Source of the DNA: Candidatus Oleincola secundus
GTDB taxonomy: Bacteria; Atribacterota; Phoenicimicrobiia; Phoenicimicrobiales; Stramentimicrobiaceae
Direction: 5' to 3'
Assembly: GCA_018400815.1 (NCBI GenBank)
Contig: JAGYLS010000025.1
Coordinates: forward strand, 1 to 21,580
DNA: 21,580 nucleotides
The position numbers were made by a program, and so were the translations under genes. The notes below the pieces were generated by a model. The model saw nothing but the letters and a program-made list of their open reading frames with translations, ran no database searches and was not told where the DNA came from. This document shows positions 1-8,348 of the stretch, one piece after another (position 1 is the stretch's first letter; each line of letters begins with the position of its first letter).

Positions 1-669
1 AGGCTTTACCCACTTTAACGTAGGCGGACGGGTGGGAATGGAAAGATAAGATTGATGGATATCAAGTCTTTTAATAAATTTTGCAATTTCATGCAATTCT
101 TTTTCCTGGTCATTCATATCCCGTACTAACATGGTCTCAGTATTTAGATCTCCCTGAAAGATTTGTGAGAAATCTTCTATTCCCTTTAAAATCTTTTCCA
201 GTTCAAGGGAACGGTGTGGCCGATCAATCTTACGCCAAACGGAAGGGGTAAGAGCATCAATTTTTAAGGAAACCCAGTCAGCCTCTTTCAAATCTTCCCT
301 TACTTCCTTTTGCCAGATTAGAGAAGCATTTGAGATCACAGCAATTTTAATACCTAAATCCTTTAACTGCCTTATCTTCTCTCCCAATTCTAAATCAAGA
401 GTAGGCTCTCCATCAGGGACAAAGGATAAATAATCAATACTTTCATTTTTATCCTGAAGTTTTTTAACTGTTTCTCTTACCGCCTGTACTACTTCCTTAG
501 TATCATAAAACAGGGATCGCCCTACTTCCATTTTTAATGTCCTGCCCACCTGGCAATATACACAGGAATAGGTACATATCTTGGGGGGTATATTGTTAAT
601 TCCCAAACTACTCCCCAATCGACGGGAAGGAACCGGACCGAATACGAGGTATGAACTGCTATTTTCCAT
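1..669 (-). CDS. Radical SAM protein, TYW1/COG0731-like family; partial, runs off the left edge; not in the ORF track
   Basis: Manual translation from ATG at 669: MENSSSYLVFGPVPSRRLGSSLGINNIPPKICTYSCVYCQVGRT..., with a CxxxCxxC motif and the family's FGPVPSRRLGxSLGI N-terminus. AAAGG RBS-like sequence upstream. Confidence 0.85.
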   Translation of the reverse strand, partial: MENSSSYLVFGPVPSRRLGSSLGINNIPPKICTYSCVYCQVGRTLKMEVGRSLFYDTKEVVQAVRETVKKLQDKNESIDYLSFVPDGEPTLDLELGEKIRQLKDLGIKIAVISNASLIWQKEVREDLKEADWVSLKIDALTPSVWRKIDRPHRSLELEKILKGIEDFSQIFQGDLNTETMLVRDMNDQEKELHEIAKFIKRLDIHQSYLSIPTRPPTLKWVKP

Positions 670-736
670 TTATGCTCTGCCTTTCTTTAAATACTTTTAA
701 ATAATACTTAAACAACTATCTAATTATTTTAATCTT

Positions 737-1735
737 CTAAGACATTCCTATGCCCTTAATTTTTTCTCCACAAAAAGGACACTTATCGTTCTCAATTTTA
801 TTTCCTATATTAAAATATTCCCTTTTTACCAGCAGTTTACCACAAGAGGGGCAAAAAGTATTTTCTCCATGCCCAACATTACCCTGATATACAAATTGAA
901 GACCTTCATCTTTTCCAATTTGATAAGCAAGCTTTAAGGTAGATAAAGGGGTAGGAGGCGCATCATTTAATTTATAGGTAGGGTAAAAGGCCGTAACATG
1001 CCAGGGTATTCCTTTATCAATATCTGCAATAAACTCAGCTATCTGTTTTAATTCTTCAGCATTGTCATTGTATCCCGGAATAATCAATGTTGTTACCTCT
1101 ATCCAGATTCCTAATTCATAATATTGTTTAATGCGATCCAGTACAGGTTGCAAACTAGCCCCACAAATATCATGGTAAAAATCTTCACTCATGGCCTTTA
1201 AATCAACATTGGCAGCATCCAGGTATGGTGCTATATGGTTGAGTGCCTCTGAGCTGATGTAACCATTGGTAACAAAAATATTTTTAAGCCTTTTCTCATG
1301 GGCAAGACAGGAAATATCGTAAGCCGTCTCATAGTAAATAGTTGGTTCGGTATAAGTATAGGAAATCGATAGACAATCACTAGCTAAAGCATTTTGCACA
1401 ACTCTCTCCGGAGATACTTTTTCTCCTTTAATCACATCTCCTTTAACCTGGGATATAGTCCAATTTTGACAGTGCAAACAATGAAAATTACACCCTATTG
1501 CCGCAATTGAATAGGATTGAGAACCGGGATAAAAATGGAATAAGGGTTTTTTCTCAATAGGGTCCACATGGGCAGCAATTAACCGGTTGTAATTCAGACT
1601 AAATAATATACCTTCCCGATTTTCTCTTACCCGGCATATTCCTCGTTTTCCGGATAAAATCTCACATTGATGAGGGCAAAGTTCACATTTAACTTTACCA
1701 TCGTTTAACGCCTTATAATACATGGCTTCTTTCAT
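737..1735 (-). CDS. amrS: AmmeMemoRadiSam system radical SAM enzyme (PFL-activase-like)
   Basis: N-terminal CELCPHQC...CRVR, DPIEKKPLFHFYPG, radical SAM motif CNFHCLHC, SYTYTEP, C-terminal CPSC/CPFC zinc ribbon. Start placed at ATG 1735 because the track's GTG at 1747 lies within the GAGGTG RBS. Confidence 0.88.
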   Translation of the reverse strand: MKEAMYYKALNDGKVKCELCPHQCEILSGKRGICRVRENREGILFSLNYNRLIAAHVDPIEKKPLFHFYPGSQSYSIAAIGCNFHCLHCQNWTISQVKGDVIKGEKVSPERVVQNALASDCLSISYTYTEPTIYYETAYDISCLAHEKRLKNIFVTNGYISSEALNHIAPYLDAANVDLKAMSEDFYHDICGASLQPVLDRIKQYYELGIWIEVTTLIIPGYNDNAEELKQIAEFIADIDKGIPWHVTAFYPTYKLNDAPPTPLSTLKLAYQIGKDEGLQFVYQGNVGHGENTFCPSCGKLLVKREYFNIGNKIENDKCPFCGEKIKGIGMS

Positions 1736-1759
1736 AGTCAAAATCACCTCTATGCTATT

Positions 1760-2503
1760 TTAAATTCCCATAGACAATCGCTCTGCTAAAAAACCGGGAA
1801 GATTTGCCCTGTTAATCTTATCCTGCGCCCTGGCAATCGGATAATCAATCCTTATGATATGGACAATAAGCTGTTCGGTATCAAAAATAGCAAAACTTGC
1901 CTGAGAATTCCGGTCTCTGGGTTGTCCCACACTACCACAATTAATAATATAACTATGGTCTCGCTTAATAACAACCTCAGCTCCTCTTGATGCACTAACA
2001 TATTGTACTACTTTATTCTTGCGATGAAATGTAAAATATCCGGCAATATGGCTGTGTCCGACAAAATATATTTGAAAATCGAAATAACTAAAAATTTCTT
2101 CGGCGGTTTGCTCATCCAGAATATATTCCCACAAAGGCTGTCGAGGACTACCGTGGACCCCTAAGACATCCTGACAAATTGTAATCCTTCTATTTAGTCC
2201 ACTCAGATAAGCAAGAATATGTTCTTTTAACTGCTTTCTAGTCCATAAGGCCGATAATCGAGCATCTTCATTAAAATAGCCTAGATCTAATTCCCCGGTA
2301 ACTGCGGCTTCATGATTACCCTTAAGGCACGGGATTTCCAGTTCTCTTATCTTTTCGATACAAAATACCGGGTCTGCTCCATATCCTACGATATCACCCA
2401 AGCAGACAATCTTATCCACATTTTTTAATTCCTTTAACACTGCCTGCAAGGCCTCGGCGTTACCATGAATATCAGAAATAATCCCGATTTTCAAAATAGA
2501 CAA
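1760..2503 (-). CDS. Metallophosphoesterase, calcineurin-like (YfcE/MJ0936-type)
   Basis: Motifs SDIHGN, GDIVGYG, GNHE, HGSP, GHSH and NCGSVGQPRD. TTG start with GAAGGGG RBS. Confidence 0.9.
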   Translation of the reverse strand: MSILKIGIISDIHGNAEALQAVLKELKNVDKIVCLGDIVGYGADPVFCIEKIRELEIPCLKGNHEAAVTGELDLGYFNEDARLSALWTRKQLKEHILAYLSGLNRRITICQDVLGVHGSPRQPLWEYILDEQTAEEIFSYFDFQIYFVGHSHIAGYFTFHRKNKVVQYVSASRGAEVVIKRDHSYIINCGSVGQPRDRNSQASFAIFDTEQLIVHIIRIDYPIARAQDKINRANLPGFLAERLSMGI

Positions 2504-2582
2504 CCCCTTCTCTTTATTCTAAAAAATATCTTCCTATCTTATAAAAAATTACGAATCCGATATATCATCCGCTAAAATTCCT

Positions 2583-3782
2583 TTAAAAAATAAGGGAAAA
2601 AAAATTTTCAAACTTTTCCCGATGCCACCCTTTACAAATAAGATGATGATTGGCAATAGATTTTTCCAAAAAATCAGCAACCGGCTCTTTAAAACTTATC
2701 TGTAGTTGAGTGCGGCACAGACTTGGCAATTCTAAATTATTTATCAATTCTCCTTCTGCCAGGAAAAAGCTATCCGCATTTCCATTCAACTTGAATATGG
2801 TCACTGGACCCTCTTTAACCTTACCGCGAATTGCTATTCCCATTCCAGATTCGAAATGAGTTTTCCATTGATAACTTTCACACATATTTAAAGGTATAGT
2901 ACAATGAGCAAAAATAATTTCATTTTTTTCCTGACTAACACAGGCCGGATTAGCCAAAAAAACAGGCTGTTCAGTTAACTGATTGGCAACAATCATGGAA
3001 ACAAGAGCAGGTACATCTCCTTCACATCCGGCTATGATTCCTTCTTTATTTAACAGAGATAAGGACAGGCAACCGGTATTCTTGTAAAAATCCAATAAAT
3101 CAAAACAGCGAACAGTAATGGCATTAAATTTGTATTCCCGGGTTAAATTTTTTAATCCCTGATAAATTCTCAGCGATTGCCGTATCACCTCTGGTTGAAA
3201 ATCTATCGGATTTATATCTATATCAGAGGGGATATCTTCATCTTTTACCTGGTCAATATGTCTAATCATTTCTTCTATAGGAATATCGTAAATCCTGATA
3301 CCTAGTTTCTTTCTGATGGCATTATAATCTGCCCCGCTGGCAATAAGCCAATCAGAGGGTTTACCAAGAACACCAACCCGAAAACGGCGACAGGCTTTTT
3401 TGGTTTCGGTAACTTTTTTTAATAATTTCAAACGGTTAGCAATAAATTCCGCTGAACCATGTAAAATTTCAACTTGTTGACCTCTTTTTGTAAGATATTC
3501 TTTTATTTCCAGAGCTGCCGGTAAGGCATTGTGCAAACAGCCCGCAAGAATAAAATAAGGAGAGGGAAATTGTTGGTAAATTCTCTTAAATTTTTCTTCT
3601 ACACCGCCGGACTTAATCATGATAACTGGGAGGATAGGTTCTTTCTTAAGCTCAGCTGGGCTTAAACTCATCATTGATTCTCCCAGGTAATTTTCAATCG
3701 AATCAATAAATGGTTTTAACGATTTGTCGATAAAGTCTTTATCGTGAATATCTGAAACTAAATGATAAATGCCAATTTTCAA
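2583..3782 (-). CDS. L-fucose/L-arabinose isomerase-related protein (short form); substrate uncertain
   Basis: TVRCF, GCEGD, AHCTIP, HFESG, CRTQ and NHH motifs typical of FucI-related proteins. TTG start with AGGAG RBS. Confidence 0.7.
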   Translation of the reverse strand: MKIGIYHLVSDIHDKDFIDKSLKPFIDSIENYLGESMMSLSPAELKKEPILPVIMIKSGGVEEKFKRIYQQFPSPYFILAGCLHNALPAALEIKEYLTKRGQQVEILHGSAEFIANRLKLLKKVTETKKACRRFRVGVLGKPSDWLIASGADYNAIRKKLGIRIYDIPIEEMIRHIDQVKDEDIPSDIDINPIDFQPEVIRQSLRIYQGLKNLTREYKFNAITVRCFDLLDFYKNTGCLSLSLLNKEGIIAGCEGDVPALVSMIVANQLTEQPVFLANPACVSQEKNEIIFAHCTIPLNMCESYQWKTHFESGMGIAIRGKVKEGPVTIFKLNGNADSFFLAEGELINNLELPSLCRTQLQISFKEPVADFLEKSIANHHLICKGWHREKFENFFSLIF

Positions 3783-3900
3783 AACTATTCTCCTATTATT
3801 AAAAATAATCTATAGATATAGAAAATCAATTCTTTCTTTCATAATTTCTGTTATCTATTTTCTATTAAATCATAAAACACAGTAAGGGACAATGCTGCAC

Positions 3901-5706
3901 CTATTCACCCATGACAGCAATAGCAGTACCACCTTTGCCAATATGCACACTTAATGCGGGAGAGCCTTCAGCAATATATGTTCCTGCTCCGGGAAAACGT
4001 GCTTTTAATTCTTTTTGATACCATTGTGCTAATTTAATATCCTGAATATGGGCAATTCCAAAACAAGGATTTTTCACACTTTCGGCAAACTGACTGGCCA
4101 ATTCTAATGTTTTATCTAACAAACGTTGATAACCAATTACTTTAGCTGCCTCTTCAAAAGCACCTTCCCGGTTAAGACTAATTACCGGTTTTAAATGCAT
4201 CATTGATCCAATTAACCCTTTGATCTTATCTAATCGCCCACTTCTGACCAGGTATTTTAAGGTTGGAATACTGACGAATAATTTACTTTTTTCTATGTGA
4301 TGCTCTAATTTTTTAATAATCTTATCCATTTCCAATCCCTCATCTATGAGGTCTGCAGCTTTCAATATAAGCAATCCCAGGGCAACTGTACTTGTCCTGG
4401 CATCTATTACCTGAATTTTGTCTTTATACTGACTTTTCTTACTGGCAACACAAGCGGCTTGATAAGTACCGCTTAATTTCCCTGAAATGTGAATAGAGAT
4501 AATTGCTTCACTTTCCTGCCCGGCTTGCTGATAGACATCCTCGAAATACTGATAAGGAGGCTGAGAAGTAGTAACATGATGATTAGGCTTTTCCAGGTAG
4601 TCAATAACTTCTCTTGTAGAAATATTTATCCGGTCTAAAAAACTTTCTTGATCGACATGTACAGCGATGGGAACCAATTTAATATGATATTTTTTAATTA
4701 AATCCTCCGGTAAGTCACAGGTAGTATCAGTTACCAGGCAAATTCTCCGTTTTTTTGCTTTCTTATTAATGCTTCCGGTTTGTTCCCACATATCATCTAT
4801 TTTAGTTTCTATTATTTGCCCCATAGAACCAACTTGAGAAATCACGAAATCAGGCTGATTGGTATGAATATGGACCCTTATTTGTTCATCGGAACCTGCA
4901 ATTACCTCGGAATCACCCAAACCAGCCAGCCTTTTTCTTATCAATTCTTTGTCTAATTCTTTTCCTTCTATCAGGCACTCCGTACAATAACGAAACTTGA
5001 CTTTTCTTCTGGAAGAGGAAGCAATTTTTTCTCTTGAATGAATAAGATATTGTTCTTGATTGCTGTTTAATGTTCTTAGCTTGCCATATTCAATAAAGTC
5101 TACAATGCCTTCCAATAAATTGACAAAACCTTCTGCTCCAGCGTCAACTACTCCTGCCTTTTTTAGTATGGCTAATTTATTGGGTGTCTCCAATAATGAT
5201 ACTTTAGCTTTCTTTAAGGATTTTTTGAACAGTTCTACAAAATCCGGTGTTTTGTGAGCTAACTTGTTAGTATAATGTGCCCAGTCTTTCATAACAGTAA
5301 TGATCGTGCCTTCCCGGGGATTAGCTATTGCCATTGTAGCCTGCTCTGCTGCTTTTACTGCAGCCCTGGAAAAGGCAATTGTTGTTAAGCGACTCATCCC
5401 ACGAGTTGCTTCAGCCAGGCCTTGAAAAAACTGAGCAAGGATAGCGCCGGAGTTCCCTCTAGCCCCCATCAGGGCTGCCTTAGCAATGCGCTGAATCATT
5501 TCTTCAAAAGAATTTTTCTGATAATCCTGCACCTCATTGACAATATTATTCATAGTTATGGCTAAATTTGTACCGGTATCACTATCAGCTACTGGAAATA
5601 CGTTGATATCATTGAGATGATTTTTAGTTTGACCAATCCGCTGTGCAGAAGTCATAATAAATCTTCTAAAACGATTCCCATTAATATACTTAATCCGTAT
5701 CCTCAT
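3901..5706 (-). CDS. DAK2-domain fatty acid kinase (FakA-like) fused to a DegV (FakB-like) fatty-acid-binding domain
   Basis: N-terminal LNDINVFPVADSDTGTNL, GARGNSGAILAQ, EGTIITV, GVVDAG, YCTE, VHIHTN. C-terminal DegV motifs VTDTTCDLP, TTSQP, HISGKLSGTY, SGRL, VHIG. Confidence 0.9.
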   Translation of the reverse strand: MRIRIKYINGNRFRRFIMTSAQRIGQTKNHLNDINVFPVADSDTGTNLAITMNNIVNEVQDYQKNSFEEMIQRIAKAALMGARGNSGAILAQFFQGLAEATRGMSRLTTIAFSRAAVKAAEQATMAIANPREGTIITVMKDWAHYTNKLAHKTPDFVELFKKSLKKAKVSLLETPNKLAILKKAGVVDAGAEGFVNLLEGIVDFIEYGKLRTLNSNQEQYLIHSREKIASSSRRKVKFRYCTECLIEGKELDKELIRKRLAGLGDSEVIAGSDEQIRVHIHTNQPDFVISQVGSMGQIIETKIDDMWEQTGSINKKAKKRRICLVTDTTCDLPEDLIKKYHIKLVPIAVHVDQESFLDRINISTREVIDYLEKPNHHVTTSQPPYQYFEDVYQQAGQESEAIISIHISGKLSGTYQAACVASKKSQYKDKIQVIDARTSTVALGLLILKAADLIDEGLEMDKIIKKLEHHIEKSKLFVSIPTLKYLVRSGRLDKIKGLIGSMMHLKPVISLNREGAFEEAAKVIGYQRLLDKTLELASQFAESVKNPCFGIAHIQDIKLAQWYQKELKARFPGAGTYIAEGSPALSVHIGKGGTAIAVMGE

Positions 5707-5747
5707 TTTCTCATCTACCTTTTTATTAATCTAAATATTCTAAATAA

Positions 5748-5813
5748 TATCATGTTTTTATTATATCTTATTATATATTGAATATCAGCTTTTTTCTAAC
5801 TAAAAACATGATA
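5748..5813. promoter_or_regulatory. 13-bp perfect inverted repeat flanking putative -10 boxes upstream of the DAK2-DegV gene
   Basis: TATCATGTTTTTA (5748-5760) and TAAAAACATGATA (5801-5813), 40 nt apart. Minus-strand TATAAT hexamers at 5760-5765 and 5770-5775. Confidence 0.35.
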
Positions 5814-5964
5814 GCAGAGAGACCCATAAAAATGCAATGAGCTATATTAAAGGTGAACTAAGTTAATGGTAATTGAATAAAAGTTAATTTGCAATAATTA
5901 CTGGATTTATGAAAAGATTTTCTGAAGTATAATAAAAATAAAAGAGTTGATGGCAATAATAAGA

Positions 5965-6008
5965 AGGATGGGTTAAAACCTTCTAAAAAAATAAATTTAA
6001 CCCATCCT
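5965..6008 (-). terminator. Hairpin downstream of glnA, probable intrinsic terminator
   Basis: 13-bp perfect stem AGGATGGGTTAAA / TTTAACCCATCCT with an 18-nt loop, ~33 nt after the glnA stop. Followed by a T-rich but imperfect tract (TCTTATTATT) on the minus strand. Confidence 0.55.
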
Positions 6009-6041
6009 ACAAATATTAAGAAATATGTTTGGTCTTTTATA

Positions 6042-7370
6042 TTAATAGACAGAAAGATATTGCTCCAATTCCCAGGGATGTACCTGGAGACTATAACATT
6101 CCCATTCCTGATATTTTGCCCGAAGATAATTGCTTATGATATGCTCCGTTAGACCTTGGTGCAATACTTTGTCCTTCTTGAATTCTTCTAATGCTTCTTT
6201 TAGGTCACTGGGCAAACTTTCAATTCCATATTTTTTAAGTTGTGTTTCATCCATGGCATAGATATTCTCGCCAACAGGATCGGGGGGCATTATCTTTCTT
6301 TGAATCCCATCCATTCCCGCCGAAAGAATCACGGCAAAGGCCAAATAGGGATTGCAAGATGGGTCTGGACAGCGCAATTCAATCCTGGTAGCATCTTCCC
6401 TTGCTATGGGTACTCTAATCAAAGGACTCCGATTACGATGTGACCAGGCAATATAAACCGGTGCCTCATAGCCGGATGTCAAACGTTTATAAGAATTGAC
6501 TAGTGGATTGGTTATTGCTGCCAATCCTTTTGCATGCCTCATTAAGCCACCAATAAAATAGAGTGCTTCCTGACTTAAACCATGCTTATTATTGGGGTCA
6601 TAGAAAGCATTGCTTCCGTTTTTAAATAAAGAAATATTAGTATGCATACCTGAACCGGCAATACCATAAACCGGTTTTGGCATAAAAGTTACATGTAAAT
6701 TATGCCACATAGCAATTGTCTTACTGGTTAGTTTTAACACCATGATACGATCTGCTGTAGTTATTCCATCCGAATACCTAAAATCTATCTCATGTTGTCC
6801 GGGTCCCACTTCATGATGAGAAGCTTCCACTTCAAAACCTAATTTTTCTAAGGTTATCACCATGTCTCGTCTTATCTCTTCTCCTAAATCTACCGGAGAA
6901 AGATCAAAATAACTAGCCTGATCATTGGTTTTGGTAGTTGCAACACTTTGTTCATCTCTTCCAAAAAGATAAAATTCCATTTCAGGCCCAAAATTAGCCG
7001 TAAATCCCAGTTTCTTTAATTCACCAAGAACCCGCTTCAAATTAGTCCTTGCACACCCGGAAAAAGGCGTTTTATCAGGGTTGACAATATCACAAATAAT
7101 ACGGGCAACATCCTGTTCTTCTTCCCACGGGTTAACCATAAAAGTATTAAAATCGGGTTGTAGATACATGTCAGATTCTTCAATACGGCAAAATCCCTGT
7201 ACTGATGACCCGTCAAACATAATCCCCCCGTCTAATGCTTTTTCTAGATCTCTAACCGGTATTTCTACATTCTTGGGGATACCCATAATATCAGTAAATT
7301 TGAGTCGTACAAATCGTATTTTCAATTCTTCGACTTTTTTTAATATCATCTCTTTGGTTACTTCTGGCAT
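6042..7370 (-). CDS. glnA: Glutamine synthetase type I (GSI-alpha-like)
   Basis: FDGSS, ESDMYL, GPEMEF, HHEVGPGQHEI, TFMPKP, GSGMH, NSYKRL, GYEAP, NRSPLIRVP, RIELRCPDPSCNPYLA. 442 aa. AAGGAG RBS. Confidence 0.95.
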   Translation of the reverse strand: MPEVTKEMILKKVEELKIRFVRLKFTDIMGIPKNVEIPVRDLEKALDGGIMFDGSSVQGFCRIEESDMYLQPDFNTFMVNPWEEEQDVARIICDIVNPDKTPFSGCARTNLKRVLGELKKLGFTANFGPEMEFYLFGRDEQSVATTKTNDQASYFDLSPVDLGEEIRRDMVITLEKLGFEVEASHHEVGPGQHEIDFRYSDGITTADRIMVLKLTSKTIAMWHNLHVTFMPKPVYGIAGSGMHTNISLFKNGSNAFYDPNNKHGLSQEALYFIGGLMRHAKGLAAITNPLVNSYKRLTSGYEAPVYIAWSHRNRSPLIRVPIAREDATRIELRCPDPSCNPYLAFAVILSAGMDGIQRKIMPPDPVGENIYAMDETQLKKYGIESLPSDLKEALEEFKKDKVLHQGLTEHIISNYLRAKYQEWECYSLQVHPWELEQYLSVY

Positions 7371-7405
7371 AAATATTTCTCCTTATTTTTAATTGATAAT
7401 GAAAT

Positions 7406-7643
7406 GTAAATATCGCACCCGCAGAGCGGGTGGTTTTAAGAACCTCTAAAAGAGGTTTAACTTTTTAGCTCTTTTTCTTTCAATTTTTGGTTTAACCTTT
7501 AGCTATAATATTTCTAAGCAATATCACTTCCAACTTTGGACTTCAAGTGAATAATTATCATCTAGCTTATCTTAATATTTTTATGGTAAAACCATTTATT
7601 TAACCATTACCACCTTCTTAGAAGGTGGTAATGGTTAAATAAA
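7406..7643. mobile_element. Probable non-autonomous IS200/IS605-derived element or remnant (terminal hairpins, no intact transposase)
   Basis: Minus strand reads AACCTCT-TTT-AGAGGTT...AAAACCACCCGC-TCT-GCGGGTG-CGATATTTAC (hairpins at 7441-7457 and 7416-7432), resembling IS200-type right ends as I recall them. The other side carries an ACCACC-N9-GGTGGT hairpin inside the 7595-7643 palindrome. Boundaries approximate. Confidence 0.5.
7595..7643. repeat. 49-bp palindrome: two perfect 24-bp arms around a single central base
   Basis: TTTATTTAACCATTACCACCTTCT-T-AGAAGGTGGTAATGGTTAAATAAA, checked base by base. Confidence 0.95.
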
Positions 7644-7721
7644 CTGATAAAGCATACATTTATACAAGTAAAAAAAACATTTTTTTGGAAACCAAAATAT
7701 TACCTGTTCTTAAATTATTTC

Positions 7722-8258
7722 TTATTGGTTCAAAGATTTGTATTTATCAATTATTTTCCTGCGCATTTTCGAAACCATGGTATGAGAAATACCTAATTCT
7801 TGGCCAATTTCCCGACTACTTAGTCCTCTGAACCTTAAATTTAGCAAGGCTTTTTCTTTTAAAGATAAATCTTTTTTAAATTCATCATAGTATAAATATT
7901 CGTCAAGATCATAAGAAGTAGGCTCTGGATAGTCCAATTTATTACCTTCACCAATTTCTTTATTTGATTTTTCTGTATTGTAGTAGAAATTATAATTTAT
8001 TTGGTTATCTTTAAATTTAACATACTTCCTGATATGATTTTTTAAATAATAATAACAGCCCTGTAAAATATAGCTATTATTTTTATTTTTCAATTTTCCA
8101 GTATTATACTGTTGCCATAAATACAATATTGCCTCCTGATAAAGATCATCGCTATCAATATATTGATACTTAATATTTAGCTTATGTATTATAGCCTTCA
8201 ACTGATATTTTATTTTATTTATTATCTCGTTTAATTCAGCCTTGCCCTTAATTGTCAT
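7722..8258 (-). CDS. Sigma-70 family (ECF/SigH-like) RNA polymerase sigma factor
   Basis: Region 2-like DDLYQEAILYLW and region 4 HTH LSLKEKALLNLRFRGLSSREIGQELGISHTMVSKMRRKI; ~180 aa. Start is ATG 8258 or TTG 8264. Confidence 0.8.
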   Translation of the reverse strand: MTIKGKAELNEIINKIKYQLKAIIHKLNIKYQYIDSDDLYQEAILYLWQQYNTGKLKNKNNSYILQGCYYYLKNHIRKYVKFKDNQINYNFYYNTEKSNKEIGEGNKLDYPEPTSYDLDEYLYYDEFKKDLSLKEKALLNLRFRGLSSREIGQELGISHTMVSKMRRKIIDKYKSLNQ

Positions 8259-8348
8259 AGACAAACCATTTTATTATCCTTTAAATAATTATAATGAAGA
8301 AAATCATTCTTTAATTGCTAAATTATTGTTTTTAATTCATCTAATAAT

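Noticed and set aside
7371..7721. GlnR/TnrA box or glutamine riboswitch upstream of glnA
   Set aside because: I found no TGTNA-N7-TNACA site or recognisable riboswitch consensus; the hairpins fit IS200-like ends better.
7371..8264. RNA-guided sigma system (sigma factor plus TnpB/Cas12f-derived protein and guide RNA)
   Set aside because: A sigma factor lies beside IS200-like hairpins, but no TnpB- or Cas12f-like ORF is present in the window.
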